Positions 1 to 11,376 of a stretch of DNA of 64,000 bases are shown here, piece after piece (position 1 is the first letter of the stretch; the number at the start of each line of letters is the position of its first letter). The stretch spans positions 50,344,001 to 50,408,000 of the forward strand of contig NC_043015.1 in assembly GCF_006345805.1 (NCBI RefSeq), written 5' to 3'. The stretch comes from Octopus sinensis (taxonomy: Eukaryota). The notes under the pieces were generated by a model. That model saw only the letters and a program-made list of their open reading frames with translations, was not told the origin of the DNA and did no database searches. A program made the position numbers and the translations under genes.

Positions 1-29
1 CCTTAAAACTGTTGCTAGGAACAGCGTCT

Positions 30-660
30 GTTTCTGTATACATTCTGTGTATATAAATGTGTGTGAGTGTGTTTGTGTGTTTTAACATGCAAAGCAGGAA
101 GGCATAGCAGTGGGGCACGGTATAATGGTAGTTGGTCTTTCACTGATGGTATTTAGCTTGAATATAAAGGAGTGCTTTATACACACACACAGATACATAT
201 ATATACATATATATACACACACACAGGCATATAAGTATGCATACATACATACATGTCTATATATATATATGCATATACATATATGAATATATGCAAACAT
301 ACATATACATACATGTACATATGTATAGATACTTACATATACACACACATATATACACACAGACATATAAGTATATATACATATATACCTTTATATATAT
401 AAACACATATATACACACACACACATGAATATACATAATACATATATATACATACACATACATACATACACATATACACACACACATATATACACACATA
501 CACACACATACACACACACACTTATATAAACACACATACATATACGTAGATATACATATATACACATATATATACATAAACATAAATATTCATACACATG
601 AGTATATAAACATACATATACATACATACACACTTACATGCAAACATATACGCATATACA
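30..660. repeat. Compound (TG/CA)n-(TA)n microsatellite field
   Basis: Continuous degenerate CA/TA/CATA dinucleotide runs; the overlapping ORFs (Y/I/H/T/C/V-only) are translations of the repeat. Confidence 0.95.
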
Positions 661-751
661 CACTAGTTTATTTCTCAGGCATAGATTACAGCATTATACA
701 TGCATGACTCATGTGGCAAACAAACCCATCAAGCAATATTAGTGTGCATAT

Positions 752-1157
752 TCTTTTCCTTCTACTTGTTTCAGTCACTTGACTGCGGCCATGCTGGAGC
801 ACCACCGTTAGTCGAGCAAATCGACCCTAGGACTTATTCTTTGTAAGCCTAGTACTTATTCTATTGGGTTTTTTTGTCGAACCGCTAATGTTACAGGGAC
901 ATAAACACACCAGCATCGGTTGTCAAGCGATGTTGCAGGAGGGGGGGGGCGGCAAACACTGACATATAAACATATACACACACTTACATGTATACGACGG
1001 GCTTCTTTCAGTTTCCGTCTACCAAATCCACTCACAAGGCTTTGGTCAGCCCGAGGCTATAGTAGAAGGCACTTGCCCAAGGTGCCACGCAGTGGGACTG
1101 AACCCGGAACCATGTGGTTGGTAAGCAAGCTACTTACCGCACAGCCACTACTGCGCT

Positions 1158-1158
<1 letters not shown>
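752..1158 (-). mobile_element. tRNA-headed SINE, family A (CORE-like centre, internal microsatellite)
   Basis: Reverse complement reads GTAGTGGCTGTGCGGTAAG...GGTTCCGGGTTCAGTCCC (A/B-box-like), then GGCACCTTGGGCAAGTG, ending GGTGCTCCAGCATGGCCGCAGTC...AAACAAGTAGAAG. Near-complete copies recur at 7762, 9308, 15407, 21024, 26609, 32863 and 45066. Confidence 0.9.
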
Positions 1159-1211
<53 letters not shown>

Positions 1212-1496
1212 TAGATAGACAGATAGATAGATAGACAGGCAGATAGATAGACAGGCAGATATATATATGAATATGTGAATTTAGAGGGATATATTATCTG
1301 GGTGGATACTGTGGTAGCTCTCAGTTATGTTCCAGGTTACGGCTAACTGCATTGATTAATATTTCACATCTATGAGTACTAGATGTTGTTACTCATGCTG
1401 TAAATTCCTCAGATGGGTAATTCCATGTTTGCTTCACATATTACCATCCAGATAACACACACATGTACGCAACACACACACATGGAAAATTATGAT

Positions 1497-1892
1497 AAAC
1501 CAGTGCCGGTGGCATATAAGAGAACCATCTGAATGTGGCCGTTGCCAGTGCCACCCCAACTGGTCTCCGTGCTGGTGACATGTAAAAAGCACCATACGAT
1601 CGTGGCCGTTGCCAGCCTAGCCTGGCCTCCGTGCCGGTGGCACGTAAAAAGCACCATCCGATCATGGCTGTTTCCTAGCCTTGTCTGGCACCTGTGCCAG
1701 TGACACGTAAAAAGCACCCACTACACTCAATGGAGTGGTTGGCGTTAGGAAGGGCATCCAGCTGTAGAAACATTGCCAGATCAGACTGGGCCTGGTGCAG
1801 CCTTCTGGCTTCCCAGACCCCAGTTGAACCATCCAACCCATGCCAGCATGGCAAGCGGATGCTAAACGATGATGATGATGATGATGATGACA
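1497..1892 (+). mobile_element. SINE family C (GAT-tailed, internal ~63-bp subrepeats)
   Basis: Four subrepeats with a GTGCC-NNN-GGCAC core (1503, 1569, 1631, 1694), then GGAGTGGTTGGCGTTAGGAAGGGCATCCAGCTGTAGAAAC and a (GAT)n tail at 1869-1890. The family is multicopy in this window. An RTE-type LINE partner is inferred only from the tail style. Confidence 0.85.
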
Positions 1893-2115
1893 AGTAAATA
1901 TCATTTGTTCCCTATATACTTTTCACTGTAGTGATTGTTTGGAACCTCTGCATTGGATGTCCCAAGTGCAATGGATGCTTAACCACAACATCATCAGAGG
2001 AACACTATCGCACTATTTTATCACCGGTAATATTACTATGTCTAGTAGTGATGAAGCCACTTTACTGGAAAGAAGCAGAATGGAAGATGATTTTCTATGC
2101 AAGGCTTGAAATATA

Positions 2116-2708
2116 TATTTCTTTATTGCCCACAAGGGGCTAAACATAGAGGGGACAAACAAGGGATTAAGTCAATTAGATCGACTCCAGTGTGTATCTG
2201 GTGCTTATTTAATCAACCCCAAAAGGATGAAAGGCAAAGTCAACCTTGGCAGAATTTGAACTCAGAATGCAGCAGCAGACGAAATACCTATTTCTTTACT
2301 ACCCACAAGGGGCTAAACACAGAGGGGATAAACAAGGACAGACAAAGGGATTAAGTCAATTAGATCGACTCCAGTGTGTATCTGGTGCTTATTTAATCAA
2401 CCCCAAAAGGATGAAAGGCAAAGTCAACCTTGGCGGAATTTGAACTCAGAACGCAGCAGCAGACGAAATACCTATTTATTTACTACCCACAAGGGGCTAA
2501 ACACAGAGGGGACAAACAAGGACAGAGAAACGGATTAAGTCGATTATATTGACCCCAGTGCGCAACTGGTACTTATTTAATCGACCCTGAAAGGATGAAA
2601 GGCAAAGTCGACCTAAGTGGAATTTGAACTCAAAACATAGCGGCAGATGAAATACCGCTAAGCATTTCGTCTGGCGTGCTAATGTTTCTGCCAGCTCACT
2701 GCCTAGTG
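2116..2708 (-). mobile_element. SINE family B trimer (one full plus two 5'-truncated units) in a single TSD
   Basis: Three ~180-bp units containing GTCGACTTTGCCTTTCATCCTT..GGGGTCGAT.AA.TAAGTACCAG. Flanked by AGGCTTGAAATATA (2102-2115) and AGGCTTTAAATATA (2709-2722). The central motif resembles the MetaSINE domain (from memory, unverified). Confidence 0.9.
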
Positions 2709-2790
2709 AGGCTTTAAATATAGCAGTAACAGACACACAGGGATCTAACATTCTAAAAAAAAAAGAATTATATTTAACTTCAAATTCATA

Positions 2791-2889
2791 ATATCCCTGA
2801 TGATGTGAGCCTTCTATAATTACAATTACATAATACTAATTGTTGCTGTAATGCTACGTAAGAGTTATTGAAACAGCTGTAGGGAGGAT
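2791..2889 (+). ncRNA. Type-I hammerhead-like motif with long stem II
   Basis: CTGATGA 2797-2803, GAAA 2870-2873, palindromic stem III ACAGCTGT 2873-2880, GUA cleavage triplet, stem I CC/GG. Degenerate hairpin between the core halves. Confidence 0.45.
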
Positions 2890-3081
2890 GAATATTCTGA
2901 AAATATCATTGACATTGCTTTTTGTTGTTGTTTGAAATATGTTTTGCTCTGTTTATTCATTGCAGCCAATTCTGCTCTATGTGAACCATTATACATGGAA
3001 TGCATTTTACATGTGAATTTTTCTCAGCTTAATGGAGTGTATTATGTTGAGTTCTAGTATCTGCAGATTTTGATGTGCTTA

Positions 3082-3138
<57 letters not shown>

Positions 3139-3574
3139 ATGTGTGTGTATACATACACACACACACTCACACATACATTATCACTTTAAGGACTACTTTT
3201 TCTGTCTCGTATAGGTCAGACGAGAATATACACACGCACACACATACACATGTAATATGTTTCTGTGTAAGCGTGAGAAAGAGAGAGAGAGAGATGGTGT
3301 GTGCATGTGTGCACGTGTGTGTGTGTGTGTGTGTGCATGTATGTGTGTGATAATAGACCATAATATGAGCCAATTTGAGAAAGAAGGAGAAACAAAACCC
3401 GTGTCCTGTTATTCTCCGCTGCCTAATATCACATTCACATTGAAAATTTTAGGCAGCTAATTATCTGATTACACACATACACACACACATATCTGTGTGT
3501 GCATTTGCATGTGTGGTGTACATGCATATATACACACATATACATACATACATACATACATATATACATATATT

Positions 3575-3608
<34 letters not shown>

Positions 3609-3654
3609 GTATATATATATATATATATACATATGTATATATATATATATATAT

Positions 3655-3699
<45 letters not shown>

Positions 3700-4226
3700 G
3701 TATATATATATAGACACATATATATGCAGTTCAGTTGATAGACAGTAAGTAGAGCAAATGATATATAAAAATCATTCCAATCTTATAAAAGATTGCTAGC
3801 TGTCAGTTGCAAGCCAAGAATAGCCAGATTTTTACATTTATTTTTTCAGGAATGGAAAATTCTGTGACTTTCATCAACTTGGTCTGTTTTTGGTCTTTAC
3901 TTTGGAAACGTGCTTTGCTCATTCGCTTGGTTTTCTCACACTGAAATAACCATTAAAATTGATAAATGACACCTTTTCTCCAACTGACAGAAATCGCTGT
4001 TCTTAGGATACAAAGAGAGAAAACTGATAGTCGGGTTTGGGAGGTGATGTTGGATTAAAATTCTGAGAATAAATATTTTAATAGCGTCAGTACACTGTTG
4101 CTATATAATTAGATGAACACATCTATGGTCGAGCAATGTAATATGTGTGAATTTGTATGCAAATGGTATTTAGATATTCAACGATGAAAAGAAGAAAAAT
4201 AATATATATGTGTATATATGTATATG

Positions 4227-4297
<71 letters not shown>

Positions 4298-4643
4298 CAT
4301 ATATATATATACACAGATATATAGCATATGAATAAACATATAATACATACATACATACATACATACATGCGAGTATGTATGAGTTCATACATACATAGAA
4401 AGTTATCATATACACACACACACACACACACACCCACCCACACAGATATTGTAAATATAAGTAGATGTGCATATTTACAAATACTGATAATGTCAATATA
4501 TATAAATAAATATATATATACACACACCACTGATAGTGTAAATTTATATCTGTATATATGTATATATATTAAATATATACATGCCCATATTATATATATA
4601 TACACATGCATAGACTATATATATGTATATATAAATATATATG

Positions 4644-4846
4644 TCATCATCATTGTCGTTTAACGTCCACTTTCCATGCTAGCATCGGTTGGCAGATTTG
4701 ACAGGACTGGTGAACCAGATGGCTGCACCAGACTCCAATCTGATCTGGCAGAATTTCTACAGCTGGATGCTTTTCCTAACGCCAACCACTCCGAGAGTGT
4801 AGTGGGTGCATTTACGTGCTACTGGCACGAGGGCCAGTCAGGCAGT
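4644..4846 (-). mobile_element. SINE family C, 5'-truncated
   Basis: CATCAT...TTTAACGTCCACTTTCCATGCTAGC...CTGGATGCTTTTCCTAACGCCAACCACTCC, the reverse of the 1497 copy. Confidence 0.85.
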
Positions 4847-5028
4847 ATAAATATACAAATATGTATATATATATATATATAACTTAGAATAACTTAGAAA
4901 GGTTTTGGCCAGTATTGGCCCAGGCCATGTCTAACTTAATAGCACCACCTGGCTATATATATGTATATATATATATATACATACATACACATATATATGT
5001 AATCATTTGTAATTAAGCATTTGTGTTT

Positions 5029-5061
<33 letters not shown>

Positions 5062-5608
5062 TATATAAAAGGCACAGGAATAGCTATGTGGTTGAAAAGT
5101 TCAGTTTGTAACTACATGGTTTTGGGTTCAATCCCATCAGGTGGCACTGTGTTCAAGTGTTTTCTACTTGCCATATCATTGGGCTGACTAAATTCTTGTG
5201 AGTGGATATGGTAGATGGAAACAGAAAGGAGACTATTGAGTGCGTGTGTGCGTGTGTGTGTATGTATGATGTGCGTATGTGTGCATGTGTGGGTGGGAGT
5301 TTGGTTACTCCTGCAATCACTTTTATGAAAATGTGGTGGGTGCTGACATCAGTTTTTCCTGTCAGCAAATTGTCTGGTTTTTTGGCACCTTTGAATCTGT
5401 GGGGAGTAAGAGGTTCTTTTACTTGGAAATTAAGTGTTTGCATCTGGTTGTAAAACATTGCCTCAAATAATGTATTCATCTCACCCATGCAAACATGAAA
5501 AAAACATGTAAAAAGGAACGAATGAATGAATATATAAATGAAAATACATATATTCATACACACACACACACCACCACAAAATAAGTACCAGTTGCATACC
5601 AGGGTCAA

Positions 5609-5910
5609 TGTGGAGGCACATGGCCTAGTGGCTAGAGCAGTGGACTCGCGGTCGAGGGATCGCGGGCTCGAATCTCAGACCGGGCGATGTGTGTGTTTAT
5701 GAGTGAAAACACCTAAGCTCCATGCGGCTCCGGCAGAAGGTAATGGCAAACTTCTGCTGACTCTTTCGCCACAACTTTCTCTCACTCTTTCCTCCTGCAT
5801 CTTACAGCTCACCTGCGACGGACCGGTGTCCTGTCCGGGTGGAGACCCTATACGCCAAGAAACCAGGAAACTGACCCTTATGAGCTAGGCATGGCTCAAG
5901 AAGGAACAAA
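5609..5910 (+). mobile_element. tRNA-headed SINE, family F (V-domain-like segment)
   Basis: Head GTGGAGGCACATGGCCTAGTGGCTAGAGCAGTGGACTC...GGCTCGAATCTC (A/B boxes), then CACCTGCGACGGACCGGTGTCCTGTCCGGGTGG, which resembles the V-SINE motif. Single copy in the window. Confidence 0.7.
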
Positions 5911-5990
5911 TATAAAATATAACCAGGTTCAATGTCATCAACTTACCCCCTCCCTTGAAATTGTTGACCTTGTGCTAAAATTTAAAATCA

Positions 5991-6364
5991 TTATTACCTC
6001 TGCTTTAGCAAAGGCGGAGGTATTGTTTTCAGTTGTGTTTCTTTGTTTGTGTGTCCGTGGACAAGATATCTCAAGAACTGCTCAATGGATTCGGATGAAA
6101 CTTTAAGGGATGTCTGGCCTCATGACTGACATGAAATGATTAGATTTTGGGATCAACCCAATATGAGACAAAGATTCTGGATTATTTTTCCTGTTTTTTT
6201 ACTTAATTTTTGTGAGTGGTCAGGTTCATATTTAGTATTCTAGTTTGTGAGAGCAGTTGACTTTATTTCAGATATTCTCATTTTATAAATCATCTCTGGC
6301 TAATTGTTGAGAGGATGTTGGTGTTGCCTTGGTGGAGGTTTGCGCTCTCTGAGTGTTCTTGTTA
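5991..6364 (+). mobile_element. Non-autonomous Helentron-associated (HINE/DINE-like) element
   Basis: 5' palindrome TACCTCTGCTTT-AGC-AAAGGCGGAGGTA, GTTT/GTCY-type microsatellite, 3' subterminal GCCTTGGTGGAGGT, then GCGCTC-TCT-GAGTGT stem-loop. T-rich ends. Second copy at 16826. Confidence 0.6.
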
Positions 6365-6382
6365 TTATTATTATTATTAGTA

Positions 6383-6790
6383 AGGAGGCAGAATCGTTAG
6401 CAAACTGGGCAAAATGCTTAGCGGCATTTCATCTGAGTTCAAATTCTGCCAAGGTCAACTTTGCCTTTCATCCTTTCGGGTTCGATAAATTAAGTACCAG
6501 TGAAATACTGGTGTCAATGTAATCGACTAGTCCCTTCCCCCAAAAAGATTCAAGCCTTGTGCTTTTAGTAGAAAGGATTATTATTATTATTATTATTGTT
6601 ATCAAGACGGTGAGCTGGTAGAATTGTTATCACATTGTCCAAAATGCTTAGCACCATTTTGTCCATCTCTATGTTCTGAGTTCAACTTTGCCTTTCATCT
6701 TTTCAAGATCACTAAAATAAGTACCAGCTGTGTACTGGGGTCAAAGTAATTAGTTTAACTCCTTACCAAAAATAGCTGACCTAGTGCTAA
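6383..6790 (+). mobile_element. Two adjacent family B SINEs, (ATT)n-tail subtype
   Basis: Both contain CTTTGCCTTTCATC...TAAGTACCAG. The first ends TTTTAGTAGAAAGGATTATTATT. Confidence 0.8.
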
Positions 6791-6800
6791 AATTTGAAAC

Positions 6801-6842
<42 letters not shown>

Positions 6843-6843
<1 letters not shown>

Positions 6844-7072
6844 GAGTGAGAGAACAGTGCATGCCATCAAAGTGACACTGGGGTGCAAATATACGAAGAC
6901 CAGTATACCCATCATGACTACCTGTCTGATAAGGATGCACCAGGAACATGCATCACAACCATACATGCACAACGTGGTGATCACATATCAAGATAAAAAG
7001 CGCATGACCTTGCAGGGGGGGGGGCTAATATTTTCTTCAGGTTGAGTAGCCCATCCCACTCAAAAGGTCCCA
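6843..7072 (-). mobile_element. (AAT)n-tailed interspersed element, family G, 5'-truncated
   Basis: Homologous to 17217-17455. Minus strand ends CTCTCACTCAATAATAATAAT. Bounded by TTA and CAA arrays. Confidence 0.8.
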
Positions 7073-7125
7073 AAATAACAACAACAACAACAACAACAAT
7101 AACAACAACAACAACAACTGTTATA

Positions 7126-7185
<60 letters not shown>

Positions 7186-7500
7186 ACATCTGGTAACATT
7201 TATTTAGGATCTTTACGCCCTGTAGTGATTTAATTCAATTCTTAAATAACCGTAATTCCATTGCAAAAACTACATATTTCTTCTCTCCACTAATTTTTTT
7301 TATCTTTCTCCTCTTTCTGAAGAAAAGTCATTCAAAAATTTCTTCATTTTTCTTCAGTTTTTTTTTTTTCCCCTCCGGTTCTTTGTTGATATTTAAAAAA
7401 GAGTGAAATTTCTTTGAAACATTTTCTCTGTTATTCCAATAAAAACTGATACTTTAGGGAAGCAACAGCAACAGAAAGAACTTCCAAGTCTGTAAAATTA

Positions 7501-7548
<48 letters not shown>

Positions 7549-7761
7549 GGGGGAGGAGAGGAGAGAGATGACTGATTCTTATCAGTCCTGCCTCATTGGT
7601 GATGCTTCCAGACATGCGAGGAGTAAGCAGCATGGAACAAAAGCAACATCACACAGTTCTTGTCAGATTGCTGCATCCACCATTTATCAGTATCTGTTCA
7701 GTTTGTCCCGGACAACCCTTGTTCCAGGCATATTTCTGTGTGTCATATATATATACATATA

Positions 7762-8180
7762 GGTGCAGGAGTGGCTGTGTGGTAAGTAGGTTGCTTACCA
7801 ACCACATGGTTCCGGGTTCAGTCCCACTGCGTGGAATCTTGGGCAAGTGTCTTCTGCTATAGCCTCGGGCCGACCAATCCCTTGTGAGTGGATTTGGTAG
7901 ACGGAAACTGAAAGAGGCCTGTCGTATATATGTATATATATATATATATGTATGTGTGTGTATATGTTTGTGTGTCTGTGTTTGTCCCCCTAGCATTGCT
8001 TGACAACCGATGCTGGTGTGTTTATGTCTCCGTCACTTAGTGGTTCGGCAAAAGAGACTGATAGAATAAGTACTGGGCTTACAAAGAATAAGTCCCGGGA
8101 TCGATTTGCTCGACTAAAGGCGGTGCTCCAGTATGGCCGCTGTCAAATGACTGAAACAAGTAAAAGAAAGAAAGAAAAAG
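7762..8180 (+). mobile_element. SINE family A, near full length
   Basis: GGTGCAGGAGTGGCTGTGTGG...GGTTCCGGGTTCAGTCCC head through to AAACAAGTAAAAGAAAGAAAG. Confidence 0.9.
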
Positions 8181-8359
8181 AATATATACATTAGACAAGT
8201 TATAGATAATGGTCATTATATATTTTCCCTTTACTGGGGCAAAACTGGCTTACGGCTGTTTCCAGTGGTCATTATAGGTACGTTACTGATAGGTCTACAC
8301 AATCGGTCAATTGACCAGTCGAGAAAAATATCGAATGACCTAAAAAAATTAATACTCAA

Positions 8360-8775
8360 TGGCAGCGAGCTGGCAGAATTGTTAGCACACTGGGCGAAAT
8401 GCTTAGCAGTATTTCGTCTGTCGTTAGGTTCTGAGTTCAAATTCTGCCGAGGTCGACTTTGCCTTTCATCCTTTCGGGGTCGATAAATTAAGTACCAGTT
8501 ATGCACGGGAGTCGATGTAATCGACTTAATCCCTTTGTCTGTCTTTGTTTGTCCTCTCTATGTTTAGCCCCTTGTGGGTAGTAAAGAAATAGGTATTGCG
8601 TCTGTCACTAGGTTCTGAGTTCAAATTCTGCTGAGGTCAACTTTGCCTTTCATCCTTTCGGGGTTGATAAATTAAGTACCAGTTATGCACTGGAGTCAAT
8701 GTAATCGACTTAATCCCTTTGTCTGTCTTTGTTTGGTCCCCTCTGTGTTTAGCCCCTTGTGGGTAATAAAAGAAA
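8360..8775 (+). mobile_element. SINE family B dimer
   Basis: Full unit, then junction AAAGAAATA|GGTATTGCGTCTG at ~8590 and a second, head-less unit. Confidence 0.88.
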
Positions 8776-9177
8776 AAAAAATTAATAGTCCTTTCTGTTT
8801 ATATGTTATATATAAGGAATGGTTACAGGGTTGAAAAGTTCAATTCCCAACTACATGGTTCTGGGTTCAGTCCCACCAGATGGCATCAGGGGCAAGCGTC
8901 TTTTACCATAGCATCGGGTTGACTAAAACCTTGTGAGTAAATATGGTAGATGGAAAGAGAACGGAAACCATTGAGTGTGTATATGTAGGATGTGTGTGTG
9001 TGGAAAGAAATGTCACCAGTAGCAGAGCCATGTCAGTTAATGCATAAGAGACCTACTAAATGCCTCATTCAGTTTACTCATCGAAGAAGCATTATTTTTC
9101 TAGCAGAGCAGCCATAACTGGAAGTCTGTCAGAGATATACTAACACTAAAAATAGCTTGCCTTTTATGACTATTCTA

Positions 9178-9305
9178 TTAACCTTTTAACATGTAAACTG
9201 GCCATATTTGGCCTGAATCTGCTACATGTTTTATGTTCTAATCAGCCAGATCCAACCTATCGCACCTACCCTTCAATGCTATTCGAAAAATATACAATCA
9301 AATCA
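9178..9305 (+). mobile_element. piggyBac-like MITE, left part
   Basis: TTAA-CCTTTT start; homologous to the 33993 and 57404 copies. Confidence 0.6.
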
Positions 9306-9307
9306 TA

Positions 9308-9988
9308 GGCGTAGGAGTGGCTGTGTGGTAAGTAGCTTGCTTACGTGTAAATTGTGTTTGTGTATAAATTGTGTTTTATAATTGTATGGACTTTATAGTC
9401 CAAATATATTGTATTTTAAATTGTAAGAGGGTTAATACCTCTGTATATGCGTTTTTAAAGAACAATGTTTTAGAGAAGCAGAGAGTCGGCGGGCGCTTTC
9501 TGTCTCTCCCATCTTTATTATTTTTGGATCATAATCATTCATCTCATCAATGTCTATAGTCAAGCCCGCAAAGCTACCTACCTTATCTATGTGCTGCCTA
9601 CATGGTAAATTTAATGAATAAAAGTAGCTTGCTTACAAACCACATGGTTCTGGGTTCAGTCCCACTGTGTGGCTCCTTGGGCAAGTGTCTTCTATTATTG
9701 CCTCGGGCCGACCAAAGCCTTGTGAGTGGATTTGGTAGATGGAAAATGAAAGAAGCTTGTTGTGTATATATGTATATATATATGCATGTGTGTATATGTT
9801 TGTCACCCCACCATCACTTGACAACCAATGTTGGTATGTTTACATCCTCATAACTTAGCGGTTCAGCAAAAGAGACCGATAGAATAAGTACTGGGCTTGC
9901 AACGAATGAATCCTGGGGTCGATTTCTTCGACTAAAGGCGGTGCTCCAGCATGGCTGCAGTCAAATGACAAACATGTAAAAGAGTAAA
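9308..9988 (+). mobile_element. SINE family A interrupted by a 277-bp insertion
   Basis: Head to 9344; resumes at 9622 after a duplicated AAGTAGCTTGCTTAC. Confidence 0.88.
9345..9621 (+). mobile_element. Unclassified retro-insertion with 15-bp TSD
   Basis: AAGTAGCTTGCTTAC at 9330-9344 and 9622-9636. Insert ends ...TTTAATGAATAA(A), with no terminal inverted repeats and no ORF. Confidence 0.75.
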
Positions 9989-10423
9989 TGATTACACACA
10001 CAAACACACACACACACATATGATAAGCTTCGACATAGCTTCCATTGACCAAGTCCACTCACAAGGCATTGATGAGTGTGGGGCAATGGTAGAAGATACT
10101 TGCTCAAGGTGCCACACAGTGGGACTGCTCCCCAAACCATGCAGTTCCAAAGCAAGCCTCTTAACCAAACAACTACACCAGTGCCATGCAGAAAGCTATG
10201 CATATCTACTGGAATCGCTCCAATCCCAGACTTGCAAAATCAGTCAATAACAGTTCCTGCCTTGGACTTCCAAATTAGTTCAAATTAGTCAACAGCCACA
10301 GAAACAAACACTGTGACGGAATTACCGAATCAACTTGTATGAAGACATTTTCCAGGAATATGGAAAGAAAGAATGACAGAAAGAGAGAGAGAGAGAGAGA
10401 TAGAAAGATAGATAGGGATAGAC

Positions 10424-10486
<63 letters not shown>

Positions 10487-10789
10487 GAGAGGTATTTGCA
10501 TCAAACTTCAAGACCACAGTGCCAAGAAGACAATAGAGACACATGGATCATGTGATGTTTCTTCCGTATCTACCTGCCTGTGTATATTTGTGGAAGAAAG
10601 ACACCGTTTTAGAATTGCAAGCATTCAGGGAATAGAAAGTATGTTATGCATGGATCTTTCTGCAGCTTTTCTCTCTTTGAGTTCTACACATGGAGTTCTA
10701 CATGTGTGTGTATTCACAAAACATATGTACATACGCCTCTGCTACCTACATCACAGGGAAATAACATCAAGAAATACATATGTACACTC

Positions 10790-10856
10790 ACACGTGGCGT
10801 GTGTGTGTGTGTACATATATATATATATTTGTATGTATGCATATATATATTATGTG

Positions 10857-10896
<40 letters not shown>

Positions 10897-10941
10897 TATA
10901 TAATATATATGTATATATTATATATATATTATATATGTATA

Positions 10942-10996
<55 letters not shown>

Positions 10997-11326
10997 TTAT
11001 ATGTACGTATATATGTGTGTATGTGTATATCTATATATATAGAGAGATATATGTATGTATATGTATATGCACATATATATGTGTGTACATGTACGTGTAT
11101 ACACACATATACATATGTATACATACACACACACACATATATATCTGTATGCATACACTTACACACATATATGCATAGATATACACACACACATGCAATT
11201 GCACATGCACATATATACATCATATATATATATATTATATATATATATATAAAATAAATATATGTATATATGTGTATATATATATATGTATATATATACA
11301 TATATATACATATATACATATATTTA

Positions 11327-11376
<50 letters not shown>

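Larger units (their letters stand above)
1932..2960 (+). mobile_element. Highly decayed Penelope-like element 3' region (possible GIY-YIG remnant plus terminal repeat), interrupted by a SINE trimer
   Basis: Frameshifted peptides CIGCPKCNGCLTTTSSEEH and HYFITGN...LLERSRMEDDFLCKA*NIA (joined across the SINE) loosely resemble GIY-YIG YIG.T.R.L.TR..EH and H...TGH...IL.R.....L...EAL.I. A hammerhead-like motif (2797) and a T-rich tail follow. Confidence 0.4.

Noticed and set aside
1932-2026. AG/GT-flanked 95-nt candidate exon, joinable in phase to 2966 onward
   Set aside because: Better explained as a decayed Penelope-like endonuclease region; the downstream acceptor lies in that element's T-rich tail and the joined peptide is unrecognisable.
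5609-5690. tRNA-like sequences at SINE heads (also 7762, 32446, 42060-42125, 57815-57882)
   Set aside because: Only A/B-box remnants are present; no complete cloverleaf, and each continues directly into SINE body.
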